A program made the position numbers and the translations under genes. This document shows, piece by piece, positions 1 to 9,424 of a stretch of 64,000 nt of DNA. Source of the stretch: an uncultured Gammaproteobacteria bacterium (GTDB lineage Bacteria; Pseudomonadota; Gammaproteobacteria; JACCXJ01). The notes under the pieces were generated by a model, which saw nothing but the letters and a program-made list of their open reading frames with translations, searched no databases and had not been told where the DNA came from. The stretch is from the NCBI GenBank assembly GCA_963764725.1, contig CAVXTM010000001.1, positions 64,001-128,000 on the forward strand, given 5' to 3'. Each line of letters starts with the position of its first letter. Within the stretch, counting starts at the first letter, position 1.

Positions 1-59
1 TTCGCGGTTCCATGGGATGCGCGGAGAGGCGGGGCGCCCCTCCGCGTTCCGGCCGCTTT

Positions 60-572
60 TTACTCCGGGATCTCCAGTTTTTCCACCGGCTTGTGGCTGA
101 TCGCGGTCGGGAACATCACCTCCCCATTGGGGACCTTGGCGCCGACGGGCCAGAGGTGGAAGATGATGCCATCGGTCTTCGAGGCCGCTGCCGCGATCTC
201 CTTGGCCTTCTCCGGTGTCACATCCAGCACTTGCACCCGCCCGGTCGCCACTTCTTCCGTGTGATCATGGAAGTGCTTGTTCCATTCCTCCAGGGTAACA
301 TTGGTGCGCGCAAGCTTCTTATCGATGAAGTACTCGATCTCGACCAGTTCCGCGTTCGGATCGGTCGACAAGAAGATCATGCACTGCAAGATTTCGGGTT
401 TGATCGATTTGCAGTAGTGGTGATAAGGACCGCCCACCGTGCCGTCTTCATGCCGATGCGGAGCCAGGACATGGATGTTGAAACCCTCCGCCGGGCTTCC
501 CGCGGCAAACAGCGAGGGTGTTGCCAGGGTGAGAGCGCCAACTGTCGCGATAAGATGAAGTTTCTTCAGCAT
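60..572 (-). CDS. DUF1264/OBAP-family exported protein
   Basis: Signal peptide MLKKLHLIATVGALTLATPSLFA; HHYC..QC..F...LVEIEY and HFHDH..E motifs; GGAGA RBS upstream of ATG 572. Confidence 0.7.
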   Translation of the reverse strand: MLKKLHLIATVGALTLATPSLFAAGSPAEGFNIHVLAPHRHEDGTVGGPYHHYCKSIKPEILQCMIFLSTDPNAELVEIEYFIDKKLARTNVTLEEWNKHFHDHTEEVATGRVQVLDVTPEKAKEIAAAASKTDGIIFHLWPVGAKVPNGEVMFPTAISHKPVEKLEIPE

Positions 573-721
573 GATAATAGTCTCCAATTGTTGTTGAGAT
601 TAAGATCCTCCAGCGCTTCTGACCTCTTAGGCCCAGCGCAACTTGCCTCGTTTGGGCGAGACAGCCCTTATCCGGCGCCGTCGGTAGAACAGACAATGAA
701 TCTTGCTAAAATCCCAATCCA

Positions 722-1168
722 CTATGCATCCTGCCGTGACGCCGACCCTTGCATCTCTCGGGGCGACAGCCACTGATAAAACTTCATCCCCAGGAGCATG
801 GAAAGCACGAATACCCAGACCGTGAACAACCCGCTCACCAGTGAGGTGAGTGCAGGGCCGGGGCAAAACCCCCCGAGTCCCCAGCCCACACCGAAAAGGG
901 CGCTGCCTGCGATGAGGCGAACGTCCAAGCTACCGAGCTTGGGCAAATGGAAGACTGCCCCGACGAGCGGACGATCACGCTTGAAGGTCCAGCGATAGCC
1001 CAAGGCGGTGACGCTGATGGCAGCCGCCATCACCCAGAGCAGATCCGGGTCCCAGCGCCCAGTCACATCGAGAAAACCGATGATCTTCTCGGGCCGCGTC
1101 ATGCCGGCGATGCCGAGCCCAAGGGCGAACAACAGACCGCAAAGAAAGGCCACAAGCTGGCGCTTCAT
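722..1168 (-). CDS. YeeE/YedE-family sulfur transporter half
   Basis: GLLFALGLGIAGMTRPEKIIGFLD and GVGWGLGGFCPGPA motifs; hydrophobic. Confidence 0.9.
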   Translation of the reverse strand: MKRQLVAFLCGLLFALGLGIAGMTRPEKIIGFLDVTGRWDPDLLWVMAAAISVTALGYRWTFKRDRPLVGAVFHLPKLGSLDVRLIAGSALFGVGWGLGGFCPGPALTSLVSGLFTVWVFVLSMLLGMKFYQWLSPREMQGSASRQDA

Positions 1169-1596
1169 ACGCTTCCTCCAAACCAGGTGTTGATCGCGAG
1201 CACGGTCAGCATCCCCGTGGCGATGAAGGTAAGGGTTGCCGCGATCGAGCGCGGGGATAGCCGACTTACCCCGCAGACACCGTGACCGCTGGTACAGCCG
1301 TTACCGAGCCGCGAGCCGAAGCCAACCAGAAGTCCGGCGGCTGCCGTTGCCATGAGCGAGCGGTCAGGGGACACGCCAAAGGCCTGGGGGTATGCAAGCA
1401 ATAACAGCAGCCCGCCGCTCATGAGACCGCCCAAAAAGGCGGAGCGCCATCCGCTCTCCCGAGGATCCCGATCGAGCAGGCCGTACACGATCCCGCTCAC
1501 CCCGAGCAGGCGACCGTTGAAGAGCGCGAACAGCACGACCGAGAGGCCGATGAGCGCGCCACCTAAAAGCGCTGTCATTGGAAAGACGCGATTCAT
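1165..1596 (-). CDS. YeeE/YedE-family sulfur transporter half
   Basis: GGALIG..NGR..GVSG and GNGCTSGHGVCGVSRLS motifs; overlaps downstream partner by 4 nt. Confidence 0.9.
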   Translation of the reverse strand: MNRVFPMTALLGGALIGLSVVLFALFNGRLLGVSGIVYGLLDRDPRESGWRSAFLGGLMSGGLLLLLAYPQAFGVSPDRSLMATAAAGLLVGFGSRLGNGCTSGHGVCGVSRLSPRSIAATLTFIATGMLTVLAINTWFGGSV

Positions 1597-1609
1597 TGGG
1601 ACTCCTAGC

Positions 1610-1886
1610 TCACGCCGTCGCGAGCAAGTAGGATTCCATGTGCGGCAGGTCGAAGCTCACACCCTTCAGCAAGGGCAGCAGGTATTTCTTGCCGATCCAC
1701 CAGAGGTAGCGGTTCTCGCGCGGATCGAGCCAGGGGAAGGAAGGCGTCACCTGGCCATCGTAGGAGAACTCGGCCAGCATCACGGTTTGCAAGGAGGTAG
1801 TCAGGGGGCAGGCGCCGCATAGTGGCTGCCACCGAGATCCCGGCGGCCCCGCCCCCGACGATGAGGATGCGATGCTGCTTAGTCAT
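1610..1886 (-). pseudogene. sqr: Sulfide:quinone oxidoreductase relic, most of the gene deleted
   Basis: N-terminal FAD motif ILIVGGGAAGISVAA joined out of frame to C-terminal GACPLTTSLQTVMLAEFSYDGQVTPSFPWLDP. Confidence 0.8.
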
Positions 1887-1919
1887 GGGATTTTCCTCCT
1901 GCCGGTTCTCTAGTTGTTT

Positions 1920-2816
1920 TCAAGCGCGTCGCGCCTGGGTTCGGCGGGACGCCGCCCTCAGGACTTCCCCTATGACCAGGGGAATGGCCGCAAGAGCAAG
2001 ACCGATGAGCCAAAGCACCGGGTGTTCGTGGACGCTGCCCATGAGCCATGCTAAAGGCAACTCTCGATACAGAGAATACCCCGCAACGCTCAGGACAAAA
2101 ATACCAAACCCTTGTTTCAAACGAGCGCTCTGCACGCGGTTCGCCACCAGGCTGCCCAGCAGCGTACCGGTTGAAGCCACCACGATGAGCATCCCGGCGA
2201 GGGGATAGCTTACATCCACATGCTGCACGTAGGCGGCGAATCCGGCAAAGGACTTCATCGCAATGACCAGCAGCGAGGTACCGATCGCTGCATGCATCGG
2301 CAGGCGGCCCAACAGGTGCAGCGCCGGCACCACCAGGAAGCCACCTCCCGCACCGACGAGCCCGGTCGCGCCACCAACCAAAAGCCCATCGACCAGGATC
2401 CGCGCTAAAGGCAGAGTGCTAGCGTTCTGACAAGGCGAAGCGTAGGGGGGTGCTATGCCGCCCTCTTCAGGGCGGCTACGCAACATCGCCAAGGCCGTGG
2501 CGAGCATGATCGCGGTGAAGAGCGAGAGCAACGCCTGAGCCGGGATGAAGCGGGCCCCCCAACCCCCCGCATAGGCCCCGATCATGGCGGCAAAACCGAA
2601 CAGCAGGCCCACGCGCCGGCACACCTGGCCGCGGCGGGCGTAGGGGATCGTGGTGAGGATGCTGGTGACGCCAACCACCAGCAGTGAGGTGGCCATCGCC
2701 GCTTTGGTTTCGATCCCGAGGCCGTAGACCAGAAGCGGCACGGTTAGGATCGAACCGCCTCCGCCCAGGAGTCCTAGGGCAAGACCGATTCCCAGCGCGC
2801 CTAGCCAAACGAGCAT
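1920..2816 (-). CDS. TauE/SafE (TSUP) sulfite exporter
   Basis: GLLGGGGSILTVP and GLVGAGGGFLVVPAL repeats, AIGTSL. Confidence 0.9.
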   Translation of the reverse strand: MLVWLGALGIGLALGLLGGGGSILTVPLLVYGLGIETKAAMATSLLVVGVTSILTTIPYARRGQVCRRVGLLFGFAAMIGAYAGGWGARFIPAQALLSLFTAIMLATALAMLRSRPEEGGIAPPYASPCQNASTLPLARILVDGLLVGGATGLVGAGGGFLVVPALHLLGRLPMHAAIGTSLLVIAMKSFAGFAAYVQHVDVSYPLAGMLIVVASTGTLLGSLVANRVQSARLKQGFGIFVLSVAGYSLYRELPLAWLMGSVHEHPVLWLIGLALAAIPLVIGEVLRAASRRTQARRA

Positions 2817-3299
2817 ACCGCGTCCTCCTCAATCGAATGCCTTTGGCCGCGATTCTCACTCCCTGAACGCGCGACCTCTGTGCAAGCCCCGGCCATGTAA
2901 GAGGTGAACTGCTCCTCGGCCACAAGCCACAATCGCACCGGCTCGGGGAGGGCGGGTGGCGTCGTGGCGAGTTCACCCAGGACTTCAAGCACCGGCATCA
3001 TGCCTTGTGAGCTTAGGAAAACCACTTTGCTGAGCGAGCGCCGGCGACTGGTCAAGGTGCCGGCGAGTACAGGTCGCCAGCCCTTTTTGAAGACGCGCCT
3101 TAGCAAACCGAAGCGGGCTAGGATCTCGAGCGAAGCCACATTCATGATCGCGAGGTAACGGCTGTTGGTCATATGGCTGTTGACATCGAGATCGGTCGGC
3201 AAGACGTGAAAATGCTTCTTTACCCTCTGATGGAGCCCGATCACAGGCTTATATCCACAGGTGATAGCGAACCAGGCGAGGCGTAGCAACAGATTCATG
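2801..3299 (-). pseudogene. Acyl-CoA thioesterase (hotdog fold), probably internally deleted
   Basis: MNLLLRL...VLPTDLDVNSHMTNSRYL motif; expected middle strands missing after RRSL. Confidence 0.6.
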
Positions 3300-3351
3300 G
3301 CGTATTCCCTATGCAAACGTTGAATCAACATGAACACTTGCTTTGGTAAGG

Positions 3352-3366
3352 GCTGGTTTCGTGCCA
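3352..3366 (-). promoter_or_regulatory. sigma54 -24/-12 promoter for the sulfur operon
   Basis: Minus strand TGGCACGAAACCAGC, GG-N10-GC; divergent from a sigma54 activator gene. Confidence 0.75.
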
Positions 3367-3393
3367 TGCTCAGAGGAATCGCTTAAATTAGCG

Positions 3394-3406
3394 TAACTTC
3401 ATGATT
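3394..3406 (-). promoter_or_regulatory. Probable IHF site
   Basis: AATCATGAAGTTA, one mismatch to WATCAANNNNTTR, in an AT-rich tract just upstream of the sigma54 promoter. Confidence 0.5.
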
Positions 3407-3499
3407 ATATTGTATGTTATATATAAACAGTTGGGGTTGCTTGACCCGGATATAGTTTCACTATAAGTTGCAATGATACATATAAGGCTGAACTGATAC

Positions 3500-4900
3500 A
3501 TGATGAAACGTGCTGCGCCGGCTGCGACGAGTTTGAGTCCGGAGAGTCTCCAGCGCTGGCTGGACGCGATTGACCCCAGCGTCGGCTTTACCACCTTGGC
3601 CGGACTTATCGACCAGGCGGCGGTCTTCGTGGTCAACCGTGACCGGGCGGTCCAATATTGGAATACGGGGGCAGAGAAGCTGCTTGGATTCCGAGCCGGA
3701 GAGGTGCTAGGCCAGCATTGCCTGAAGTCCAACCGCTGCCCCCAATGCATGCGGGGTTGCGGGATCGCTCAGCATGGACGAGTTACGGGCGCCCTGATTA
3801 CGCTTCTCCGCGCCGACGGCAGCAGCCTTGCGGTGCGGAAATACGCCCAGGCGTTTTTCGATGCCGACGGGAGCTTCGCGGGCGGGATCGAGGTGCTGGT
3901 CCCGGAGGCGGTGGAAGACACAAAGACGTTACCCGACACCTGGCTTTTTTCAGGCGCTCAGCGTGAAGAGTTCCATGGGCTGCTCACCCGCTCGCCCGTC
4001 ATGCGCCAAGTTTTTCCGATCATCGCCAATGCCGCCGAGACAGAGAGCACGGTGCTGGTGCGCGGGGAGAGCGGTACTGGGAAGGAGCTCATAGCGCGCG
4101 CGATCCACAACTTAAGCCACCGCAAAGACGGTCCGTTCCTCGCGGTCAACTGCGCGGCCCTTACTCCGAGCCTGCTGGAGAGCGAGCTTTTCGGGCATGT
4201 ACGAGGCGCCTTCACCGGGGCGCTGCGGGATCATCCGGGCTTATTTCAACGCGCCGATGGTGGCACAGTGTTCCTAGATGAGGTTGCAGAGCTGCCCGTG
4301 AATCTCCAGGCCAAGCTCCTGCGGGTGCTGCAAGAGCGCAACTTTGTGCCCGTGGGTGGAGATCGCAGCGTAACGGTGGATGTGCGCATCGTCGCGGCGA
4401 CGCACCGGGCGCTGAGGGAAGAGGTCAAAGCCGGGCGCTTTCGCGAGGATCTCATGTACCGGTTGCGGGTGGTGCCGATCTTTCTACCTGCGCTGCGCGA
4501 ACGGCGCGAGGACGTGGGCCTGCTCTTATGGGAATTCATCGAGCGCCATAACGCGCGGGGCGTGCGGCGCATCGAGCGCATCGCTCCTGAGGCCATGCGG
4601 GTGCTGCTCGATCATTCCTGGCCGGGCAACGTGCGGGAACTAAAGAATGTCGTCGAGTATGCTTTTGCCGTGGGGCGGGGGGCCGAACTGCGGCTCTCCG
4701 AATTGCCGCCCGAGTTTCGGGAGCCAAGAACGCCCCCGCCCGTCGCAATTAAAAGAAACGAACGCTTAAGCCCAGAACAGCAGGCCGAACGGGTCCGACT
4801 CGCCCTGCAAGAGACTGGTGGAGACATACACAGGGCCGCCCAGCGCGCCGGGATGAGCCGCGCCACCTTCTGGCGTAAGCGCAAGCAGTTTGGGATCTAA
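3500..4900 (+). CDS. PAS-domain sigma54-dependent activator with Fis-type HTH
   Basis: GESGTGKE Walker [20 protein letters not shown]-terminal HTH; N-terminal PAS with C-x5-C-x2-C-x3-C. Confidence 0.95.
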   Translation: MMKRAAPAATSLSPESLQRWLDAIDPSVGFTTLAGLIDQAAVFVVNRDRAVQYWNTGAEKLLGFRAGEVLGQHCLKSNRCPQCMRGCGIAQHGRVTGALITLLRADGSSLAVRKYAQAFFDADGSFAGGIEVLVPEAVEDTKTLPDTWLFSGAQREEFHGLLTRSPVMRQVFPIIANAAETESTVLVRGESGTGKELIARAIHNLSHRKDGPFLAVNCAALTPSLLESELFGHVRGAFTGALRDHPGLFQRADGGTVFLDEVAELPVNLQAKLLRVLQERNFVPVGGDRSVTVDVRIVAATHRALREEVKAGRFREDLMYRLRVVPIFLPALRERREDVGLLLWEFIERHNARGVRRIERIAPEAMRVLLDHSWPGNVRELKNVVEYAFAVGRGAELRLSELPPEFREPRTPPPVAIKRNERLSPEQQAERVRLALQETGGDIHRAAQRAGMSRATFWRKRKQFGI

Positions 4901-4928
4901 AAGCCGTGGTCGAATCCAGGGATCCCGG

Positions 4929-5021
4929 CCGTTGCTCGAACTCGGTGAAGTCCTCCACGTTTTTCAAAGCGCGCTGGGAGCCAAACAGGCGCTGGATGTT
5001 CGCCCCCCGCAAGGAAGGGGT
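4929..5021 (-). pseudogene. Short fragment resembling a diheme peroxidase (BthA-like, bCcP/MauG superfamily)
   Basis: TPSLRGANIQRLFGSQRALKNVEDFTEFEQR recalled as a conserved block of that family; no flanking domain. Confidence 0.45.
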
Positions 5022-5131
5022 GTGTTCCGAGGTCACTTATGGATTCGTTTCCCCGCTCCAACCCTCCTCTCCCTTGTTTGCGCCCATGAGAGAGTTTTAC
5101 ACGACAATGAAAAATAAATCGCGCTTCAATC

Positions 5132-5145
5132 TTGATCTACGTCAA
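5132..5145. promoter_or_regulatory. FNR box
   Basis: TTGATCTACGTCAA, 9/10 to TTGAT-N4-ATCAA. Confidence 0.55.
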
Positions 5146-5486
5146 CACAATGCGACCGTGAGTTATCCACGGCAGATTGGTAAGAAGCAGCGCGGTCAGT
5201 GGCTGCTCGGCCTGTCGGGTATCAAGGCAGCTTCGCTTCTGGCGCTGCTTGTCGGTCACGCGCTTGTTGTGTGATCTAGAACAGTATGTCGTACCGCCCG
5301 AGTGCTATCATTGTTGGCGTATAGAGGTTTTTATGAAGGCTCCGCGGGCTAATTTCCGCGCAAAATCCTCTTCCCTGCTACAACAGATGTAGAACCATTT
5401 TGAAGAGTAGCGTGTCAAAAAAAGCGTGTGAAAGTTAGTCTCTCACACACACATTTAATCCTTAAATCCTAGTAAGGAGAAAAATC

Positions 5487-5831
5487 ATGAAACATTCAGG
5501 CTTAGCGGTGGCATTGTTTACAGGTTCGTTAGGGGTTGTAGGAATAGCCTATGCAGCCGAACATACCGGGCACCAGACGGAAGCGGTAACACATACTCAG
5601 CAGGCAATTGAGCACGGCAAAATGGGCCATGCGGATGTGGCCGCCGAGCACTGCACCCAGGCTTTGACGCATGCTGAAGCCGGCGCTAAGGCAATGGCCG
5701 ACCCCCATATGGATGAAGGCAGCAAACATCTGAAAGACTGCGTGGAGCATGGCAAGATGGGCCATGCGGATGTCGCTACCGAGCATGCCACCACGGCCAT
5801 GGAGCATCTCAATCAGGCTTACAAAAAGTGA
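5487..5831 (+). CDS. smbP: Small metal-binding protein, SmbP family
   Basis: Signal peptide, periodic His residues, repeated EHGKMGHADVA; AAGGAG RBS. Confidence 0.85.
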   Translation: MKHSGLAVALFTGSLGVVGIAYAAEHTGHQTEAVTHTQQAIEHGKMGHADVAAEHCTQALTHAEAGAKAMADPHMDEGSKHLKDCVEHGKMGHADVATEHATTAMEHLNQAYKK

Positions 5832-5909
5832 TGTTTTGAGTCGCGACGCAAAAGACTCGCAAAGTTAGAAAATGTAGCGAACACCTTGGAGATTGCCTAA
5901 GCAAGCAGG

Positions 5910-5947
5910 AAAAATCCCCACCTCTCCAAACGGGTGGGGATTTTTTT
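5910..5947. terminator. Intrinsic (bidirectional) terminator
   Basis: AAAAATCCCCACC...GGTGGGGATTTTTTT stem with T-tract after smbP. Confidence 0.85.
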
Positions 5948-5976
5948 GTCTTTGGGAGCGTGGAGAATAGCAAGCG

Positions 5977-6085
5977 ATAGGGGTCGGGAAGTGCTAGCGC
6001 CCTCCCGCCCTCCGAACCGTGTGGGCGGTTCTCCCGCGCACGGCTTTCCAGTCCGTGGTTTCCTCATCGGGATTGGCGCGCCAGG
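5977..6085 (-). ncRNA. Group II intron 3' fragment (domains V-VI)
   Basis: Minus strand GGAAAGCCGTGCGCGGGAGAACCGCCCACACGGTTCGGAGGG (DV, AGC triad), then DVI ending CCCGACCCCTAT; no RT ORF nearby. Confidence 0.85.
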
Positions 6086-6114
6086 CAAAGGGGTCAAATA
6101 GGTAAAATGCGCCG

Positions 6115-6256
6115 CAGCATGACCGACTCAAAGACGCCGATGCCACCGGGGACGTGACATCAATCGGCCGCAAACACGCCCGTGCCTATATTCGTGGACC
6201 GCACTCATCAGCGTCAAATCTATGGCGCCGGGTAGCGTTTGAGCAGCGGCCGTTCT
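6115..6256 (-). pseudogene. Deletion-riddled copy of an mprF segment
   Basis: Colinear with 12985-13176 but about 50 bp shorter through several short gaps. Confidence 0.85.
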
Positions 6257-6301
6257 TGGTGCCGCCGCGAGGCCCAACATGGCCGCGCTCGCATGGACCA
6301 G

Positions 6302-6814
6302 TTACGGGAGCACAGCGGGACGCGTGAATACATGGTCCGTATTCTTCACCTGGATATGGCATCCCATGCATTCTGTTACGAATGACGCATCGCTTCCATA
6401 AGGCCTTTGCTCCAAACCGAGCCAGCGGGCGAAACCCCATCCCCCAGTCGAGATATATTTCTGAGAATCCTTGACCATGAACTCGGCGTGGACGAATGAA
6501 CCGGGGATTGTGGCAGTGGACCACGCATCGTGGGTCTTGTCTTCCCAAACGAGCTTGGCGAGGATGGAACCCTCAGGCCATGGATTAGTATGTTTTGCCC
6601 GCGCCGCTTGGATGGCGATGTCGTTGCCGAGGATGACGCGCAGACTATTCTTATCAGTCCGGTGGGAGGAAGCGATCACGCGCCAGTCCTGGTACCCTTG
6701 TGGTAACTGAATCCCGTTGGGTACCGATGGCACCATGTTGGAGGCCGGCTGGGAGCAACCAGCGACGAGGACGAGGGCCCCCACAAGTAAGGTTCGATTT
6801 AGCTGCTTCATCAT
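6302..6814 (-). CDS. Cytochrome P460-family lipoprotein
   Basis: Lipobox LVAGC; PQGYQDW, WPEGSILAK, MVKDS..Y..TGGWGF, C-terminal CMGCH. Confidence 0.9.
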   Translation of the reverse strand: MMKQLNRTLLVGALVLVAGCSQPASNMVPSVPNGIQLPQGYQDWRVIASSHRTDKNSLRVILGNDIAIQAARAKHTNPWPEGSILAKLVWEDKTHDAWSTATIPGSFVHAEFMVKDSQKYISTGGWGFARWLGLEQRPYGSDASFVTECMGCHIQVKNTDHVFTRPAVLP

Positions 6815-6956
6815 TTCTTCGTCATTTACGACGTTACGTGGCGGTTGACGACGGCTAAGAGCGGATTCCAGTGCTTTCGAGTAACCGCCACCGCTCGCGA
6901 TGGCCGACACGCTGTCGCTCAGAGCGTTTCCACGCCTGCGCGTATATTGCAGACGG

Positions 6957-7010
6957 AGTCTGTTTGGTCTTGACATATCAGTTTATTATATCTCCAGACG
7001 TGACCCCTTT
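6957..7010. repeat. REP-like palindromic repeat (GGGGTCA.GTCT family), copy 1
   Basis: CATATCAGTTTATT.TAT...AGAC.TGACCCCTTT shared with 17127-17183. Confidence 0.7.
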
Positions 7011-7444
7011 TCGTGCACGGTCAGCACTGGGACCTCGGAGGTGCGAACCACCCGCTCCGCCACACTCCCCAGCATCATGTGCGACAGGCCGGTGCGGCCG
7101 TGGGTGCCGATGACGATGAGATCGGCTTGTTGCTGCTTAGCAACCTCGACGATCTGGAGGTAGGGCACGCCTTCGGCCAGATGGACGGTCGTCTTGGGCG
7201 CCTCAGCCGCCGTTTCTTTGACGAACTGCTCGAGCCGCTCCCGCAGCCGCATCGCCAGGTTTTCCTGCATGTAAGGGGGCAGATCCACGGCACCGTCCTC
7301 GACCGCAAAGTTTGGAAACTCGTAGACGTGGATCACATCGACCTGCGCCCCCAGGCGCTCGGCCAGCGCCAAAGCGTACTCCAAGGCGCGTGCGGAAGGC
7401 TTGGAAAAATCGACCGGACAGAGAATTCGATTGATGACGAGCAT
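6986..7444 (-). CDS. Universal stress protein
   Basis: ILCPVDFS, DLIVIGTHGRTG..LGSVAERVVR; close paralog of 26604-27053; 3' end runs into the REP. Confidence 0.95.
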   Translation of the reverse strand: MLVINRILCPVDFSKPSARALEYALALAERLGAQVDVIHVYEFPNFAVEDGAVDLPPYMQENLAMRLRERLEQFVKETAAEAPKTTVHLAEGVPYLQIVEVAKQQQADLIVIGTHGRTGLSHMMLGSVAERVVRTSEVPVLTVHEKGSRLEI

Positions 7445-7542
7445 AAGATCCTCCTCGCATTAGCAATGGTGTTTCGACTCGCATGGTATGCATTGCGAGT
7501 TGTGTCAGGGGGACTAAGCCGTGTTTCTCAGCATTATTTAAC

Positions 7543-7583
7543 ATCATACTCAAAACGCCGGACGCGAACGTGATCTGGATCAA
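7543..7583 (-). promoter_or_regulatory. Class II FNR promoter of usp
   Basis: Box GTGATCTGGATCAA (7570-7583) and -10 TATGAT (7543-7548, minus). Confidence 0.75.
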
Positions 7584-7682
7584 ACCAAGGGCGGCCTCAC
7601 CGGTCTACCGAAGTCGAAGGCGAACGCCGCACGGATGCCGTGAAGCGCGAACTTGATCGCCTTACGGGATCTGAACCCCCGT

Positions 7683-9278
7683 TCAGCGAGTGGGCCGACA
7701 TTGCGTGAGCCGCTCGAGGTCGGCGGCGATGGGCGCGGCTTCGGCGGGGCACTCGGTGTCCCAGATCAGAGTCAGCGACTGCTCGTGCGGCGTTAAGGAC
7801 TCCTGGCTACGGCGCTGGTGTTCGAGCACCGCGAGATCGGCCTCGGAGGCATCGTGCCCTTCTACCGCGCGGCGCGCGATCCGCAGACGCAACGCCGCCT
7901 CGCCGGCCCGAAAATCCAAGATCCGGAACGGCGCACCGAGCGATCTCGCAAGCGCCGCGAAGGCCTCTCGCCGCGCACGGGCGAGGAAGGTGGCATCGAC
8001 GATGACCGGAATGCCGCAGGCGCTCACGATGCGGGCGACGTCCAAGAGCCGTTCATAGGTGCGATCGGTCATGGCGGCATCGTAGATCCCGGCCGCTACC
8101 GTGCTTGCGGTCTTCGCCTCGGCCGACAGACCGGCCAGCCGCTTGCGCTCGACGTCGGAACGGATGCGTAGCGCTCCGAGCCGGGGGATCAACACCGCGC
8201 TCCCCATAGTCTTGCCGGCGCCGGAAACACCGTGGGTAAGGAGGATGAGACCCGGAGGACGTGGCTCCGCATAGCGCCGAGCAAGCGCGAGATGCCGCTC
8301 GTAGCGCGCAAGACACGCCGCCTTCGCGCCCCCGGAACGATGCTCGAGATAGGCGACCTTGGCCCGCACGAGCGATCGGTAAACGCGGTACAGGTCCAGC
8401 AGAGGCAGGCCCTCGTAGTCACCCGTCTCCTCCAAATAATGGTTGAGGAAGATCCATGCGAGATCGGGACGCTCGCGAACATCGAGGTCCATCAAGAGAA
8501 AGGCGATCTCGCTCATGACATCGACGAAAGACAGCGCGGCATTGAACTCGATGCCATCGAAGACCACGATCCTCCCCTCCAGCAACACCATGTTCGTGAG
8601 ATGCAGATCCCCGTGACATTGCCGCACCCGCCCTTGCCGCTTGCGTCCTGAGATGAGCTCGCAATGCCGCTCAAGCTGCCTCTCGGTCCAGGCGCGCAAG
8701 GACGCGAGCGCGTTGCCGGCATCGATCTCCGCGGGCCCGCTCCCCATCTGCGCGAAGTTCGCCAAGGCGTACTTGGCGACCTCGGAGGCGTTTCCATACG
8801 GCACATTGGCCGAAGCGATCTCGGCGCGGTCGTGGAACGCCGCGATCGCCTTGGCGAGCGCCTCGAGCAAGTCCCCGGTGAGCTCGCCGCGCGCAAGCAC
8901 CTGGTCGAGCTGCGCCGTGCGAGGAAAGCGGCGCATCTTGACGCAGTATTCGATGGGAGTGCCGGGCCCTCCGAAACGAGGCGCATCCTCCGTCCCCGTC
9001 ACCGTTTCAACCCCGAGATAAAGCTCGGGGGCGAGGCGCCCGTTGAGCCTCAGCTCCTCCTCGCAATAAAACCTGCGCTTCTCGAGCGTAGAGAAGTCGA
9101 GAAACCCGAAGTCCACCGGCTTCTTGAATTTATATGCATACGGGCCGGCCAGGAGCACGTAAGAGATGTGGGTCTCCGCCAACTCAAAGCCCGCGGTCGG
9201 GTGGTCGAAGTGTTGAGGTTTCTGTAAGCTTTTGAGCAATCGCCCCAAGCGATCGGAGGCCATCGCCGTAGCGCTCAC
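7683..9278 (-). CDS. Bifunctional APH-like phosphotransferase / AAA_33 kinase (Rv2004c-like)
   Basis: ETHIS, KKPVDFGFLDFSTLEKR, CHGDLHL.N, FD.IEFN, P-loop GVSGAGKT, RSDVERK. Confidence 0.92.
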   Translation of the reverse strand: MSATAMASDRLGRLLKSLQKPQHFDHPTAGFELAETHISYVLLAGPYAYKFKKPVDFGFLDFSTLEKRRFYCEEELRLNGRLAPELYLGVETVTGTEDAPRFGGPGTPIEYCVKMRRFPRTAQLDQVLARGELTGDLLEALAKAIAAFHDRAEIASANVPYGNASEVAKYALANFAQMGSGPAEIDAGNALASLRAWTERQLERHCELISGRKRQGRVRQCHGDLHLTNMVLLEGRIVVFDGIEFNAALSFVDVMSEIAFLLMDLDVRERPDLAWIFLNHYLEETGDYEGLPLLDLYRVYRSLVRAKVAYLEHRSGGAKAACLARYERHLALARRYAEPRPPGLILLTHGVSGAGKTMGSAVLIPRLGALRIRSDVERKRLAGLSAEAKTASTVAAGIYDAAMTDRTYERLLDVARIVSACGIPVIVDATFLARARREAFAALARSLGAPFRILDFRAGEAALRLRIARRAVEGHDASEADLAVLEHQRRSQESLTPHEQSLTLIWDTECPAEAAPIAADLERLTQCRPTR

Positions 9279-9366
9279 GTGCCCACACTCGACACGGTTC
9301 TTGCCCAGACGATCGCGCGGTTGATGAGCACGCTTGTGTACAATAGAGCGAGCCGCTTAGAGCGCC

Positions 9367-9423
9367 GGGGGTGATCAGGTCTTGATTAATAGTTTGGCGT
9401 TCTACGCAAACTATAAATCAAGA
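9367..9423. repeat. REP-like palindrome, same family
   Basis: GGGGGTGATCAGGTCTTGATT.ATAGTTTG...CAAACTAT.AATCAAGA long hairpin. Confidence 0.65.
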
Positions 9424-9424
9424 A

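Noticed and set aside
3395-3422. dif/XerCD-like site
   Set aside because: Only a partial XerD-like arm; better explained as the IHF/AT-rich tract of the sigma54 promoter
5910-5976. Class IIC-type intron targeting of the terminator
   Set aside because: The terminator lies in the 3' exon, whereas IIC introns insert downstream of terminators; the triad is AGC, not the CGC typical of IIC
6815-6976. N-terminal extension of the P460 ORF
   Set aside because: Lipoprotein signal starts at ATG 6814; the extension runs into the REP repeat
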